A stretch of DNA of 64,000 nt from Felis catus (GCF_018350175.1 NC_058368.1:58096001-58160000), one strand, 5' to 3'; counted from the stretch's first letter, positions 27,148 to 40,931 are shown. Notes: generated by a model not told the origin, from the sequence alone. Numbers and translations: made by a program.

Positions 27148-27596
27148 TTTTTTTATTTTTTTAATTTCTTTTATTTTTACCTTTTTAAATTTATTTTAGA
27201 GAGAGAGAGAGTAAGAGCATGTGTAGGAGGGGGTAGAGGGAGAGGGAGAGAATCTTATTTTTTTTTAAGTTTTATATTTTTGAGAGACAGTAGGCACATA
27301 AGCAGGAGAGGAGAAGAGAGAGAGGGAGAGAGAGAATCCCAAGTTGGTTCCAATCTGTCAGAGCAGAGCCTGATGTAGGGCTCAAAGTCACAAACTGTGA
27401 GATCATGACCTGACTAAGATCAAGAGTTGGATGCCTAACTGACAGAGCCACCCAGGCACCCCAAGAGAGGGAATCTTAAGCAGGTTCCATGGCCAGCATG
27501 GAGCTTGTCATTGGGCTCAATCCCACAACCCTAGGATCATGACCCGAGATAAAATCAAGAGTCTGACGTTCAACCCACTGAGCCACCCTGGCACCC
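27148..27596 (-). mobile_element. Older CanSINE (outer) split by a nested SINE
   Basis: Tail and GA tract 27148-27256, body 27463-27596; TSD tggttaa(g/a)aa on both sides. Confidence 0.88.
27257..27462 (-). mobile_element. CanSINE nested within another CanSINE
   Basis: Own T tail and head; duplicated target gaga..gaatctt on both sides. Confidence 0.9.
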
Positions 27597-28957
27597 TGGT
27601 TAAAAAGTCTTTTTAATTTCCTTCAATATCTTTGTCTTATTTTTAGTCTAAGTTTGCATTCCCTTCTGGCTTGAAAGAATTGTTTATTTTTTAAAATACA
27701 GTTATATTCCATTCAGTAGATTCCATTCAATTGATTCAGTAGGTTAAAGTTACACTTGAGGAACTGACCTATTTCATGGATTTCAAGGAGCAAGGACAAT
27801 GGAGCATAAGTTATATGTTTGATTCATGGTCCTAAAGGAATATGAGCATCTAGAGTAATCAGTTGGATATAATTTGGCTGGAACAAGGAATAGTTATGAT
27901 TATACTTCAGTCAGTAAAACAACTAAAATATTGTTACAATAAGTATCATGTGATTTAACATTAGCATGTAAAAAATAAACCTTCTGGCTGATAGAAGGTC
28001 CATCAGTGCATTGTAATTCCCAAAAATATATGCAATTTTTACTCTTCACTCAATGTGGAGAATAAGGAAGATTATGGTACAGCTTTAGTTTGTTTCTTTC
28101 TGTGAAGAGTTGTCTGCCAAGGATAATGTGCCAAAGGTAGTGAAGATCAAAATATATGTCTAAAAGCAGAAAATTCAAAGAAATGAGATTTAGCACAGAA
28201 AAGGAAAAAGTCATGTAAATATAATGCCTGTTTTCAAATATATGAAACATTATTTGGTAACAATAACTTTTATTTCCTCAGTAAAAACAGTCTAAAATAC
28301 ATTTTAAAAATGTAAGAAAATTAGACAGGATCCTGGAAAAGAAGCAACCAAATCAGGAATTCAGTCATATAAAATGGGATAACAAGGGATGACATGTTTA
28401 GAAATCAGGCACAGAAACTTCAATATGGAATGGATAATGGGTCTGTTGCCCAAATGCTACTTCTGACTAGGGAAAACAACAACAACAACAACACAGGTAT
28501 AAATCTAGAGGTCAGTCATGTGGCATTGTTTTCAGCAAGTCAAAATTTGAAAGGTTTAGATCAATTTGTGTCATCACAAAGGAAAAAATAATCTATGACA
28601 TGTTGGTCACGATTATATGAAAAGAGACATAAGATCAATGTAAAAGAATGCTTTTTTTTCCCTCCCCATTGGAACAGTCAGAAAATTATATGGATGTCTT
28701 TGGAGTCTGTGAATTCTTCCTGCCTAACTGGAGGAGGAGAAAAGGAGAACTAGAGTTTCAGTAATACTTTGCTTTGTGTCTACACTGCCTTAAGAACTAG
28801 AGGGGAGAGAGCCTGCAGTAGGAACTTCTGTGAATCCACTTCTTTGAAAAAGAGGTAAGGAAAATGACAGGAATTTGAAAACATGTGTCGATTTTAAGTA
28901 AAATTTAATAAAAATACATTGTATTTGGTAAATGTATTAGTATTTAGTAAATGTATT

Positions 28958-29175
28958 TTTTTTTAATTTTTTAATGTTTATTTATTTTTGAGACAGAGAG
29001 AGACAGAGCATGAATGGGGGAGGGTCAGAGAGAGAAGGAGACACAGAATCTGAAGCATGCTCCAGGCTCCGAGCTGTCAGCACAGAGCCCAACAAGAGGC
29101 TCGAACTCACAGACCATGGGATCATGATCTGAGCCCAAGTTGGAAGCTCAACCGACTGAGCCACCCAGGCGCCCC
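28958..29175 (-). mobile_element. CanSINE (felid type)
   Basis: Head gagccacccaggcgcccc; TSD gtatttagtaaatgtatt at 28940-28957 and 29177-29194. Confidence 0.95.
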
Positions 29176-29839
29176 GGTATTTAGTAAATGTATTAGTACC
29201 TATACTAAATACAACGTATTTAGTAAAAAATACATTGATTTAGTAAAAATACATTGCAGTATTTCAATATCTTTGTAGCTGTAGTAATCTGATGACTCTA
29301 CCACACTCAAGGTTACTTTTCCAAATTAGTTTGGGCTCCTGTGTGACACTTTTATTCCAATTGACTAACCTGCAATCATCCTTCCTGATGTCAAGAGCTG
29401 TAGGCAGCCTATTAAACCTGGCCTCACAAATCCTTAAATTAATTCACTGAAGCAATTTTCATTACAGTCCACTTTAACTTCATATCCCATTGCCACACCA
29501 ATACATTATCATAATCAGAAATATACAATCTTTGAACTCTTAAACTGCAATATTCTAAGTAATTTAATATTAATCCATTCTCATCTAAGCCCCTTAACTT
29601 ATTTCCCTTTCTATGCTTACTTCTTCAATGCTTTTAGTGGACTACACCATATATAAAAATATGTATAATGTAAATTAACAATTTAAAGAGTAATAATATG
29701 AAAACTCAAGCACACAAGAACAAGTGTGTATGTACGTGAGTAATCAGTATTTTATGCATACATGTATAGCATTTTGTATTTAAAAAGCGTATTTTGTACA
29801 CTTAATATATAGTAATATGTAAATAGAAATAAAATATAT

Positions 29840-29922
29840 AATGTGTATATATATGTATGTGTGTTTGTATATGTATGTTTATATATATGTATATGTACAT
29901 GTACATACACACATATGTGTAT
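29840..29922. repeat. (TATG/TA)n low-complexity repeat
   Basis: Directly visible. Confidence 0.85.
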
Positions 29923-30039
29923 CTCCAACATTCTGGAAAAAACTTATACTTTACCTAATCACATAACTTTCTCCACTGATAATTGCTAATTTACACAGTA
30001 CTTTCTATATTCCACGCTCTATTCTAGACCTAAAAGGAA

Positions 30040-30275
30040 AGAAAAATAATCAGTAGAAAAACTGAAGAAATACTTTGCCTTTGTTGATCTTACATTCAAA
30101 TGTGTACCTTTTAGAGCATGGGAAGCATACAACAGTTACACAAGAACACTGTTTCTTAAATGTCAATAAATACTATGCAGAAAATAAAGCTAACAGTGTC
30201 ATAAAGATTGCTGACTGGGAAGGACTTGTAATTTTAAATGTATTATTCAGAGACATTTCACTGAATGTGAAATGT
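30040..30275 (-). mobile_element. L2 relic
   Basis: aataaatactatgcagaaaataaagc ... tgtaattttaaatgtattattcagagacatttcactga. Confidence 0.5.
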
Positions 30276-32171
30276 ACACTTCCACTTTTCATTCATTAGA
30301 GAGAAAAACTTGCCCACTCAGTTAACAAAAAGACTAGGAAGAAAAGTATTTGTAATATAAAATGCTAAACACTAAATTAAATACAATAGATTATTTGCCT
30401 ATAGGATATAAAAATTGAAATTGAAAGAGAGACAACACAAAATCATTTGCTGTAAATTGGTATTTGACCCAACCAAACATTCCGATGTGCTCTGTTTATA
30501 CTTATCCTATTTAATTATCTGGTTTTTAGTTTTGCTTAATGGGATGTTACAAATGATTTTTAGGGACAGAACCTAGTATCATTTCTGAAATGTAGCAAAG
30601 AATAAAAAGAAGTTATTAAATCGATAGACAAACAGATGAACAAATTTATATTAGTGATATATGAAACTAGGGTTTTGAGGAATCTTCCTCACATTTCATT
30701 TTGAAATCGTGAAATAATGAAAAGTTGTTCCTTTTGAATTCTGTGTATATGTGAAAGAGAAAACATGAAAACTATTTTTTTTATTTTCTCTAGACTTCAA
30801 TTCTGGAAAAAAAAAAGTCTACCCCTTACATATGTGTCATGTAAATTCTTAAGTGGATTATTAAAGTAGGTTAATAATTTCTATTTAGAATTCAAACTTT
30901 CTTTAGCTACAGTGAAACACCTTTGAGTCTTCAGGAGTTTTAGATGAAGATATTTGCCACAATTCACCACCAAAAAAAAAAAAAAAGGTAAAGAAAAAGA
31001 GGATAACTGCCTAGCTTTGACTTGTGAGTGGAAATTGCTCTGACCACTCAGTGACACAGAATGCAATTGCTGAAATATTAACAATAAGAAAGGCAGCTGG
31101 GAAAATTACTAGAGTGGACAGTCACAAAATGCTTTTCCAGTCCATTAGACCACAGCATATTCAGCTAGATTTTAACAGATGTTCTGAGATTCCTGTAAGA
31201 TATTAAAATGTTCTTTAATTCAATCATAGCATTCCAACTGAGGAAACAGCCGGATTTATTGCACCTTTTTAAGCTAATACCAAAGATCCATTGAAGAAAT
31301 AGTGAAAGCACAAGGAAGCTCAGGGCAGCTCAGCCCCTTTGGCTCCAGGCCAGAGCCTACTAGCTTGCCACTTGGAGTTATTGCGATGCAAATGCCTGGA
31401 AGCCAGGCACTCACTGAATCTGAATTAATACTGAAGGAGAGAGGGGAAGAAACAACAACAACAACAGCAAACAAAAACATAAGCAGACTCACTGTGTGGA
31501 AAAAAAAATCTTCACATGTGCAATGTGGCATTTTGAGCCTATAGTAAGAATCTAAATTGATTCATCTGGCAGGACTAAAGAAAAACAGGGCATACCAAAT
31601 CTACCTGGAGGGATTCTTGAGGTGATGCTGACTTGAAAAATGTCTGAAAGAATAAAAGGAATATTTATTTCTCCTTTACTTCAAATAGCTCACATAACAG
31701 ACTTTTTAAAACATTAAGAGTGCTAAAAAGTCTATTGGTGGGATATATCTCAAAATACAAGAACTATGCAAATGAAAATGGAAACATATCAATGATTTCA
31801 AAGGAAACTTGATTACGGTATTCCAAGTAAATCAAAATATAATTTTTTAAAAATTGTATTGACCTGGTTTAACTTTATATCCCAGGAGAAAATATTTAAT
31901 TATTTGTGTTTTTAAAATTTGTAAGGATATGTGTTCTAACCTTTAGGGATGTGATAAAAGGAAACTCTTGCAAATTTACAAATCTTATTCCTCACTTTTT
32001 GACTAAATACTCAAAATAATATCACAAAATTAAAATATTTGAAAAGCTTTATTAAAAACACTCAGTGAAAGAGAATATCTATTGTCAAAAAATGATGCTG
32101 AATAAATTCTAGACATTATTTTTTATGTATAGATCTTCATACTTTCCTTTGTGCTATTTGTATATAAACAA

Positions 32172-33329
32172 TGTGTTAGACATTAGTGCCGTTCACCAAA
32201 ATTTCTGGATCATCACTTTATCGAAACATATGATAGTGTTTCTCTGTCCTTTTAAAGTTAGGAATCGACCTGTGACTTGTTTTGGCCATGGTATAGTAGT
32301 TTAGACGGGAGACAATTCTGGACAGAAGCATCAATAGCCTTAGCAAAGCACTATTTATCTTGTCCCTTTCTCCTGCCTTGGTGATCTTTGAAGCATCGTC
32401 AAGATGAAAATGGGAATTGGTTTATGTCCCCTCATAACGCTAATATTGAATAAAGCAACTCTTTTTGGAAAAATGGGTGTGAATATGTAATAACTTGTTT
32501 TACTAAGTCACTGAAATGTGGAAGCAGTTTGCTAACTCAGTGAAAGTAACCCCATCCTGATATGGAACAGAAATAGGTGTAACAGAAGGAGATGCTGGTG
32601 TTATAGATAAGTACAATGTGGGACATATTCTAAAAGTCCTACAGTGAGCAAAATGGGAGAAATTGTTATTGCAGCATGAAAAAATAGTGATTCAAGCAAT
32701 ACAGTGACAATGAAACATATAGCTATTATCTTGGGTGATATCTATCATCAAAAAATAAACATAAATCCAATTAAGTTTTAAGGAAAGTTATACTGATCAG
32801 TCTGTATTAATGAAGAGGTTAAGAATTTTTGAGATTTGAAGCTGCCTAGGGCCCCCCATAATCTAGTGGCAGGAAACAGGATCAATATGGCTTTTTCTTT
32901 ATCAAGATACTAAGGCCAAAACTATAAGTGAAGGATATCACAGTAAGTGGAAACAGTGATTCTGGAGAATAATAGACATGTGAGCTTCTTTCAGAAAGCA
33001 GAACTAAGTTTTTATCAAGCGTCCCTCTTCTCTCATGAAGACACAAAGCATCATTCAGAGATTCTGGACTCTGAGTTCAGTCTCAAAACTGAATAGGAAA
33101 TTTGTCTTACTTGGGAAATTTGTGGGTAAATTGTTTACAGGGAAAGCAGATTAATGAGTGTTCACCAGCCTAGATCTTGGACTGACTACTATGAACAGAG
33201 GCTCTTGCTAATATATACACAGCAGTAGTGTGAATAATATGCCCTTAGTTATGTTACATTACTGTAATTTTGGAGTTTCTTTATTTAATCCTAGCAAATT
33301 TACAAATCTAGCCTTTAGTATGTGATACA
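32172..33329 (+). mobile_element. Degenerate MaLR (MLT1) provirus: LTR 32172-32569, internal relic, partial 3' LTR
   Basis: ttaaagttaggaatcgacctgtgacttgttttggcca and taagtcactgaaatgtggaagcagtttg LTR motifs; gaaataggtgt internal start after the LTR; second LTR terminus ctagcctttagtatgtgataca. Confidence 0.6.
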
Positions 33330-34209
33330 GAACAAATATTTTTTAGTTTTCTATTTAAAAAATAAAATAATAATAAAGAATTGTGTTCTATACAAATGGT
33401 TATTGTATAAATGGGCTAATGACCAAAGCTAAAGCATAAAATATAATATCGGGCACTTTAAATTGACCCTTTAGTTCTACTCATTAATTCTTGTAACAAA
33501 TTGCATTATCCAGTTTTCTCTCTTTCACTATAGATTGGGACAAAACGAGTGCACAATATAGTTAATAATAGAATACATCATAAAAAAATGCAAAGTGCTA
33601 TTGAGAGTATGAGGGGCTCTGGTTCTAACACCATAACAAAGTAGCTAATCTGAAATTCCTCTTTCAAGCACCTAAAATCTGGGGGTTAAATAACCAAGCA
33701 GTCTTTAAATATCCAGGTTAGTTTGCAAGAAAATAAGTACAAGCTTCAAATGCATAATTTTATGATGTGGCACTTAGGGGAGTTTGCCCATCTTATTAAC
33801 AAAAAAAGCTTGTATTGAATACCTATGTGTGCCAGGGGTGGGGATGCAAGGCAAGACATAAAGCCTTGGGACAATCTATTATAGGGAATTGTGTAACAAG
33901 GGTGGGAATTATAAGAAATAATAACAAAATATATATCCCTCAATTAAGGAGTCGTTTAGGGAAAGGAAACTTGCCTGTCTGCCTTGATTCCATGGGAGAA
34001 AACAAGAAATCATGACTAAGCAGGCATGCCTATTCAGATTCTTGTAACGGAGCAATTAACATACAAAGTAGTTATATCCTAGTGATGCACTAGATGTTGC
34101 AAGTGATGCACTTGACAGCAGAAGCTGTCACAAATGCACTTAAGTAAAATGTTAAGCATCTCATGATACAAGAATGCATCTGTCAGCCTGACAAATACAT
34201 ACATACATA

Positions 34210-34349
34210 GGTGTTGGGTATTAAGGAGGGCACTTGTGATGATAACCAGATGTTATATGTTAGGGATGAATCACTAAATTCTATACTTAAAACTAGTATC
34301 ACACTGTATGTTAACTAACTTAAATTTAAATAAAAACTTGGGAAAAAAC
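34210..34349 (+). mobile_element. Very short carnivore L1 3' end
   Basis: gggtattaaggagggcacttgtgatga ... gatgaatcactaaattcta ... tgtatgttaactaac; flanked by tacatacatac. Confidence 0.85.
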
Positions 34350-34486
34350 TTTACATACATACGTAAAAATAAACAAAATAAAGGAAACAAAGTACACAGG
34401 TTTAGACATCCAAGAAATAAAGTATGTATTTCTAAAATATTTAAATTAATTTAAAAACCAGAATATAAACAAAAAAAGTGTCTCAG

Positions 34487-34544
34487 TAAATAAATAAATA
34501 AGTAAATAAATAAATAAGTAAATAAATAAAAATAAATAAATAAT
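34487..34544. repeat. (TAAA)n microsatellite
   Basis: Directly visible. Confidence 0.9.
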
Positions 34545-35199
34545 ATGGATTTGAAAAAGACCAAATCAAAATTAAATGTGCAATAGTGCACTAAATAGCA
34601 AATCAGGTATAATTCAGTAGAGAATTGGTCAAATGCAGAAACCTCACAGAAACATTATGAAATAGTATAAGAAAAGATTATGAGAAATGTAGTATGTAAT
34701 AGAAGTTCCATCAAAAGAATGAGTAAAACCATCTTTAAACTGAGCTAAGCATATTCTAGATATAATGAAAGCATGTATTTTCAGATTCAGGAAGCACAGT
34801 TAAGTATGAGCATCTTAAAAATAAACTAGCACCTAGACATCCTCATAATTAAATTACAGAAACACAAATGGAATAAAAGACCAAATGGTATGCAAGTAAA
34901 AAAAATAATAATAATACATATTATCTCCAAAGAATGACAGCTTGGCTGACAACTTTCTTGAACAAACAAAATAAGCAGCTAAAATACAATTAAAAAATCT
35001 CTTAAAATTCCTGGAAGATAATCAATGCTATCTCACATTTCTATATAAATATCAACTCTAATTAAGAGGAAATTAATACCAAAATAGAAGGTTTAGCACT
35101 GACAGAATCTCATTTTAAGAACTAGCAAAAAGTGTGCAGGCAGAGAAAGAAAAGATACCATATAGAACTACTAAGTAATAAATGCTCCCTTTACAAGTA

Positions 35200-35830
35200 A
35201 TAGTTGAGGGGTGTATGAATAAAAGATCAGATTAGTCAGGTGGAAAGACAATGAGGAATAGAGAAGGCATGAAAAAAATCATATTTCAGATATACGAAAG
35301 GTTTATCCTGAGGTTGAGAAATGGGATCATAGGGCAGACCTAGAGGATATATGTAGATTCAGGATCAAGAGCAACATAGCAGCCATATTACAATGTCTTA
35401 CATGTTGTTCAGGAAGGTGTACTATTATTAACCAGGTGATGGACAGGTAGGAAAAGGTCTTAAATAGAATTCTGACATCCAGGTTGTTACCAAAATATAA
35501 TATTACAGCAGGTACTGTAGCAATTTTATGGATAGATTGTAAGGGGAAGCAAATACCCATGCAAAGGAAACTTTCAAAAAAAAATCCTGATCAAGAATAA
35601 TGGAAGTGGGCATGAAAACTTTATAAAGTTGAAAAAGTAAAGTTTTGTGAATCAATTTGTAAAAAAAAAAAAAAAAAAAAGAAGAGGAGGAAAATATAAT
35701 GTCATTCATTTGGCTTGAGTGTCTGAGAGGATATTAATCAAATTTATTGTGGTAGGAATTAAACAAAAGGAAAAACAATGTGGGATGGTTGAATAGGAAT
35801 GGGGAAAATGCTTTACTGTTTTAAGGGGTG
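35200..35830 (-). mobile_element. L2 relic
   Basis: Purine-rich antisense L2-like text (atttggcttgagtgtctgagagga, gggaaaatgctttactgtttt). Confidence 0.4.
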
Positions 35831-36639
35831 AGCATATAAAAACAAATGATATGATCCCTGTGTTTTGCAGTAAAAATGACAAGCACCAAATTTATATATC
35901 ATAGAGCATAAAAGGCTAATTGTTTTATGCAAAAAGAGCAATGACAGCAAGAGTCTGAATAACAGTAATTTGACAAAGTAAAGCCTCATTAGGTTTGTAT
36001 TCTTATTAAAACCATTGAGAGCTCAAAGTTTTCTTTTCTGCTGTTACATACATACAATCTTGGCAAAACCTAAACATAGTAATGATATTTTTTATGTTTT
36101 TATTTTTAACATTTTAATGATGGCATGATATAAGATAGAATATTTCATATAAAGAAAACAATCAAATAATTAAAAATTATTTTCTTCTCTACAGATGTCC
36201 TGTGACAAATATAGCTTTAAAATTTTTTATTTAGCATCATTTCAAATAATTCACTCACACAGAAACCACCAAGGAAAATGATTTAGGGTTTTGGAGGCTG
36301 TGTATACACCTTGGTTACCACTTCTTTGCAAAGTTTAGCAGTACTAATTCCATGTCCTAGGCAGTGACAACAGAAATGAAACTCTTTGAGTCTCTTATCT
36401 CTCTAAAATGTAATCTCTATCTTACATGCACTGAGGGATGCTCAAGTGTTAACTGAGGTCTCTCGGGACCTGTTGGGACTTAATTTGGCTGAGCTCACCT
36501 TTACTGAGGTATACTGACTGCTAAGCAACAAACAAACAAAATGGTGGGCCATGTCCAAAATAAAAAAAAAGAAACTGGGAGAAAAGCATCTCTTTGTAGG
36601 GAAATTGACACATATATAAGCTAGTAAGTATCAGCTCTA

Positions 36640-36998
36640 AAAGGAGATGCTAGTGTGATTTCCCTCCTCCCACTGTTAATGTTGCCTAATACATACTTAG
36701 GTTTCCTACTTAAGAATGGAGCATGGTCAAATGGGAGCTACCTTACCCAGACCTTCCCTAATGCCTGATTGACAGAGGGATCCCAAAGGGCAGTCCCTTG
36801 CCTCAAGGTGGGAAAAATGTTACAATTTGTGTTCCAGAATTTGTATGTTTCTATAGCTAAAAACACATTCTTGTTCAACTTTCTTCTTGTATCCTTTCTT
36901 GCTTTTTCAATTCTCCTTCTCCCGAAAGCATTCCCCGAATAATATTTGAACTAGAACCCCTGCCTCAGGATCTACTTCTAGAAAATAACTGACTTAAC
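36640..36998 (+). mobile_element. ERVL LTR16-type solo LTR
   Basis: Terminus aataatatttgaactagaacccctgcctcaggatctacttctagaaaataactgacttaaca. Confidence 0.6.
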
Positions 36999-37464
36999 AA
37001 AGGTTTTTTTTTTCCCCCTATAAAGTGAGCAGTCTTATTTAACATTATCACATTTAAATAAAATCCTTCTAGTCAAATAGGACAGCTTCCTGGGTTAAAG
37101 CTCTTTGGGTTTTCTCATTCACTTCCTTACATAAGCAATTATATTTCTCCAGACTGCTGTCATTTCCTTTAGGACTGAATAGACATTGGTGCACATGCTT
37201 CAGAGCTATGGCAATGTCTGAATACCTCTGAGAGAGCAAATATTTCAGGGAAGTAACATCTATGCACCAACTCAAGTAACCCCAAATTTATATATACAAT
37301 TATTCATCTGAAGCTAAGGAAGTCTTTTGGTATATCCCGTGCAGTGAAAGATTGAGTGTTAACCATCGCATTTTTTTGTGTGTTTAGAAGAAACATCTCT
37401 TGAGTTAATTTTATGACTGTAATAAAATCCATTATGTTTTAGAAACCTAAGTATTAGTCAATAA

Positions 37465-40012
37465 TGTAAAAATAGCATTTGACAATATCCAACACCTATC
37501 CATAATAAAAAACTGTCAGTAAACTCTTTTCTCAACTTGATAAATAATATTTCTAAAAACCTTCAGCTAATACCAAATGTAATTGTGACAAACTTGAAGC
37601 TTTCCCACTAAAATCAGGAAGAAGGCAAAAATGTTCCCTCTTACCCCTGCTTTTCAACATCATATTAGAAGTCCTAGCTAATATAGTAAGAAAGATTTGG
37701 GAAGGAAGAAATACAACAGTATTTCTAGGTAACAGAATGCTCAGTGTGTAAAATCCAAAAGAATCTACAAAAAATCTCCTGGAACTAATTGATTATAACA
37801 AGGTTGCAGGATACAAGGCTAATCCAAAAAGTTAATTGCTTTCCTATATATCAGCAGTAAGCTGGTGGAATTTGAAATGGAAAACACAATAGCATTTACA
37901 TTAATAGCCTAAAAAACCAAAGCACTTAGGTATAAATCTAACAACATTTGGGCATAATTTATATGAGAAAAAAGATATAACTTTAATAAAAGAGAATAAA
38001 GAAGAAGTATATAAATGAAGAGGTATTGCACATTCATGTATAGAAAGATTTAATGCTGTCAATATGTGAGTCCTTTCAGCTTGATGTATTAATTCAATGC
38101 AATTCCAATAAAAATCTCAGCAAGTTATTTTGAGGATATAAAAAAAAAAATGATTCTAAAGTTTACATGGAGAGGCAAAAAACCAGAGTATCCAAAACAA
38201 TACTAAAGAACAAAGTTGGAGGGCTGACAATGCCCAACTTCAAGTTATACTATAAATACACAGTAATCAAGACCAAGTGGTACTGGAAAGAGAATAGACA
38301 AAAAGATCAATAGAACATAATAGAGAGCCCAGAAATAGGTCCACATCAATAGGGTCAACTGATTTTGACAAAGCAACATACAGTGGATCAAAGATCATCT
38401 TTTCAACAAAAGTCACTGAAACAACTCGACATCTACATGAAAAGAAAAAAAAAAAAGAAAGGAAAGGAAAGGAAAGGAAAGGAAGAAAGAAAGAAACAAA
38501 CAAACAAACAAACTAGACACGGACTTAACATCCTTCATAAAATTAACTCCAAATCAATCAACAAACCTAAATGAAAAATATCAAACTATAAAAGTCCTAG
38601 AAGATAACAAAGGAGAAAACCTAGATGACATTGGGTATATAACATTAAAGACATAATCCATGAAAGAAACAATTGATAAGCTGGAGTTTATTAAAATTAA
38701 AACCTCTAGTCTACAAAAGAAAATATCAAGAGATTTAGGAGACTAGCTAAAGACTGGAAGAAAATATTTGTAAGAGACAAATCTTATAAAGGACTGTTAT
38801 TCAAAATATACAGTGAACCCATAAAACACAACAAAAAGAAAACAACCTGATTAAAAATGGACCAAAGACCTTAACAGACACTTACCAAAGAAGATATAGA
38901 GATGGTAAATAAGTATATGAAAAGATATTCCACATCATACACTACCAAGAAATATAAATTAAAATAACTATGAAATAACCTATTATAATGGCCAAAATCC
39001 AAAATAATGACAATATCAAATGCTGGCAAGGATGTAGAACAACAGGAACTCTCATTCATTAGTAACACGAAAACAAAATGGTATAGCCACTTTGGAAAAC
39101 TGTTTGGAGGTTTCTTACCAAACTAAACATACTCTTACCATAAGATCTATCTATTGATCTCTTGATATTTAACCAAAGAATTAAAAACTTATGTTCACAC
39201 AAGAACATCAAGATGTCCTTCGGTAGGTAAGTAGATAAGCTGTGGTATATCCAGACAATGGAATATTATCCAGAATTAAAAAAAAATGAGCTATCAAGCC
39301 TTGAAATGATATGTAGAAAACTTAAATGCACATTAGTGATTGGGAGAAGCTTATGTAGAAAGGCTACATACTGTATGATTCCAACTATGTAACACATAGA
39401 GACAATAAAAAGATCAGTGATTGCTAGGGACTGGGTGGGGTTTAAGAGGTAAATAGCTGTGGTGCAGAAAAATTTTACAGCAATGAATTACTCTGTATGA
39501 TATTGTAATAAAGAATGTTGAAAAAAAATATATAGCTCCATATCTATATCCATAGCCTGTACCAAACCTAGAGGCAGTCTGAAGTGATAATGATGTATCA
39601 ATGTAGATTCGTTAATTGTAACAAATGTACTACACTGGTGGGGGGATGTTGATAATGGAGAAGACTATGCGTGTAAGGGCAGGGGATATGTGGGAAAACT
39701 CTATAACTTCCTTTAATTTTATAATGAACCTAAAACTACTTTAAAAATAAAGTTTAGGGGCGCCTGGGTGGCGCAGTCGGTTAAGCGTCCGACTTCAGCC
39801 AGGTCACGATCTCGCGGTCCAGGAGTTCGAGCCCCGCGTCAGGCTCTGGGCTGATGGCTCAGAGCCTGGAGCCTGTTTCCGATTCTGTGTCTCCCTCTCT
39901 CTCTGCCCCTCCCCCGTTCATGCTCTGTCTCTCTCTGTCCCAAAAATAAATAAAAAACGTTGAAAAAAAAATTAAAAATAAAATAAAATCAAATAAAGTT
40001 TATTAAAATAAA
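37465..40012 (+). mobile_element. L1MC-type ORF2 (RT to C-terminus) and 3' end; a young SINE sits in its tail
   Basis: gcatttgacaatatccaacacc (AFDNIQH), ttcaacatcatattagaagtcctagc (FNIILEVLA); terminus gaacctaaaactactttaaaaataaagttt. Confidence 0.85.
39757..39990 (+). mobile_element. Very young felid CanSINE
   Basis: CpG-intact; A box tggcgcagtcgg, B box gttcgagcc; TSD aaataaagttta. Confidence 0.97.
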
Positions 40013-40705
40013 TAGGAAGATAATATATATAAATAGGAGGCTAATCTTCTTGGTTTATTATAAAATTTAGATTTGTGGAAGGCATAAAAAATATATTAAA
40101 CTATTTAAAATGATCAGTGTAGTAATATGGCAGCAAAGAGAAAGTGGTTATCACAGAAAACCAATATGTGTTAAATGCAGATAATATATTGAATGAACTG
40201 TAGAGTGAAACTTGTTATTAAATTAGCATAGTGGAGATCACTGGGCTTCCTTCTACTGTATGATAAACTCAAGGATCTGGCCTGGATTCAATACATTTCA
40301 ATAGAAGAAAAAGAAAGACTACATGAGTAGAGCATTCTTTTTGATGATGTACTACAACACAGAAGCACAGAAAAGGATACAGTGGTAACTGGAGGAAGAT
40401 GTTGAGTTAAAAGTGACATTTGTTCATTTGTTTTGTGTGATATATAATACAGTGTTTCCTAATGTTGATATGAATTGCTGTTCAGGAAGAAAGGGAAACT
40501 TGAAAATGGGAATTTTTTGTATAGATGCACCAGTGGGATTCAATGCACATGTGGAGAGCCTAATCTTGGATGGAAATATTTATGATTCATCCACTGTAAT
40601 AGGGAAAAAGATAGAAAAAAGAAGTTTAATGAATTTGGCACTGGGTAGATGTGGGAAAGTTCTTGATTGCTTGAATTAGCTCACTGGTAAAAGAAACAAA
40701 ATTTC

Positions 40706-40931
40706 TTTTTTTTTTTTTATTTTTTTTTCAACATTTATTTATTTTTGGGACAGAGAGAGACAGAGCATGAATGGGGGAGGGGCAGAGAGAGAGGGAGACA
40801 CAGAATCGGAAACAGGCTCCAGGCTCTGAGCCATCAGCCCAGAGCCTGACGCGGGGCTCGAACTCACGGGCCGTGAGATCGTGACCTGGCTGAAGTCGGA
40901 CGCTTAACCGACTGCGCCACCCAGGCGCCCC
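40706..40931 (-). mobile_element. Very young felid CanSINE
   Basis: Perfect 18-bp TSD taaaagaaacaaaatttc at 40688-40705 and 40933-40950. Confidence 0.97.

Larger units (their letters stand above)
33610..35165 (+). mobile_element. HAL1/L1ME-type 5' end and ORF1 relic
   Basis: ttcagattcaggaagcac, cacctagacatcctcataattaaatt, cagcttggctgacaactttc ORF1-like text. Confidence 0.55.

Noticed and set aside
28895..29262. Short repeated motif array as CRISPR-like
   Set aside because: Mammalian DNA, irregular spacing, mixed orientation and no unique spacers.
39757..39840. tRNA-like A and B boxes as a tRNA gene
   Set aside because: This is the tRNA-derived head of a CanSINE, followed by a CT tract, A tail and TSD.
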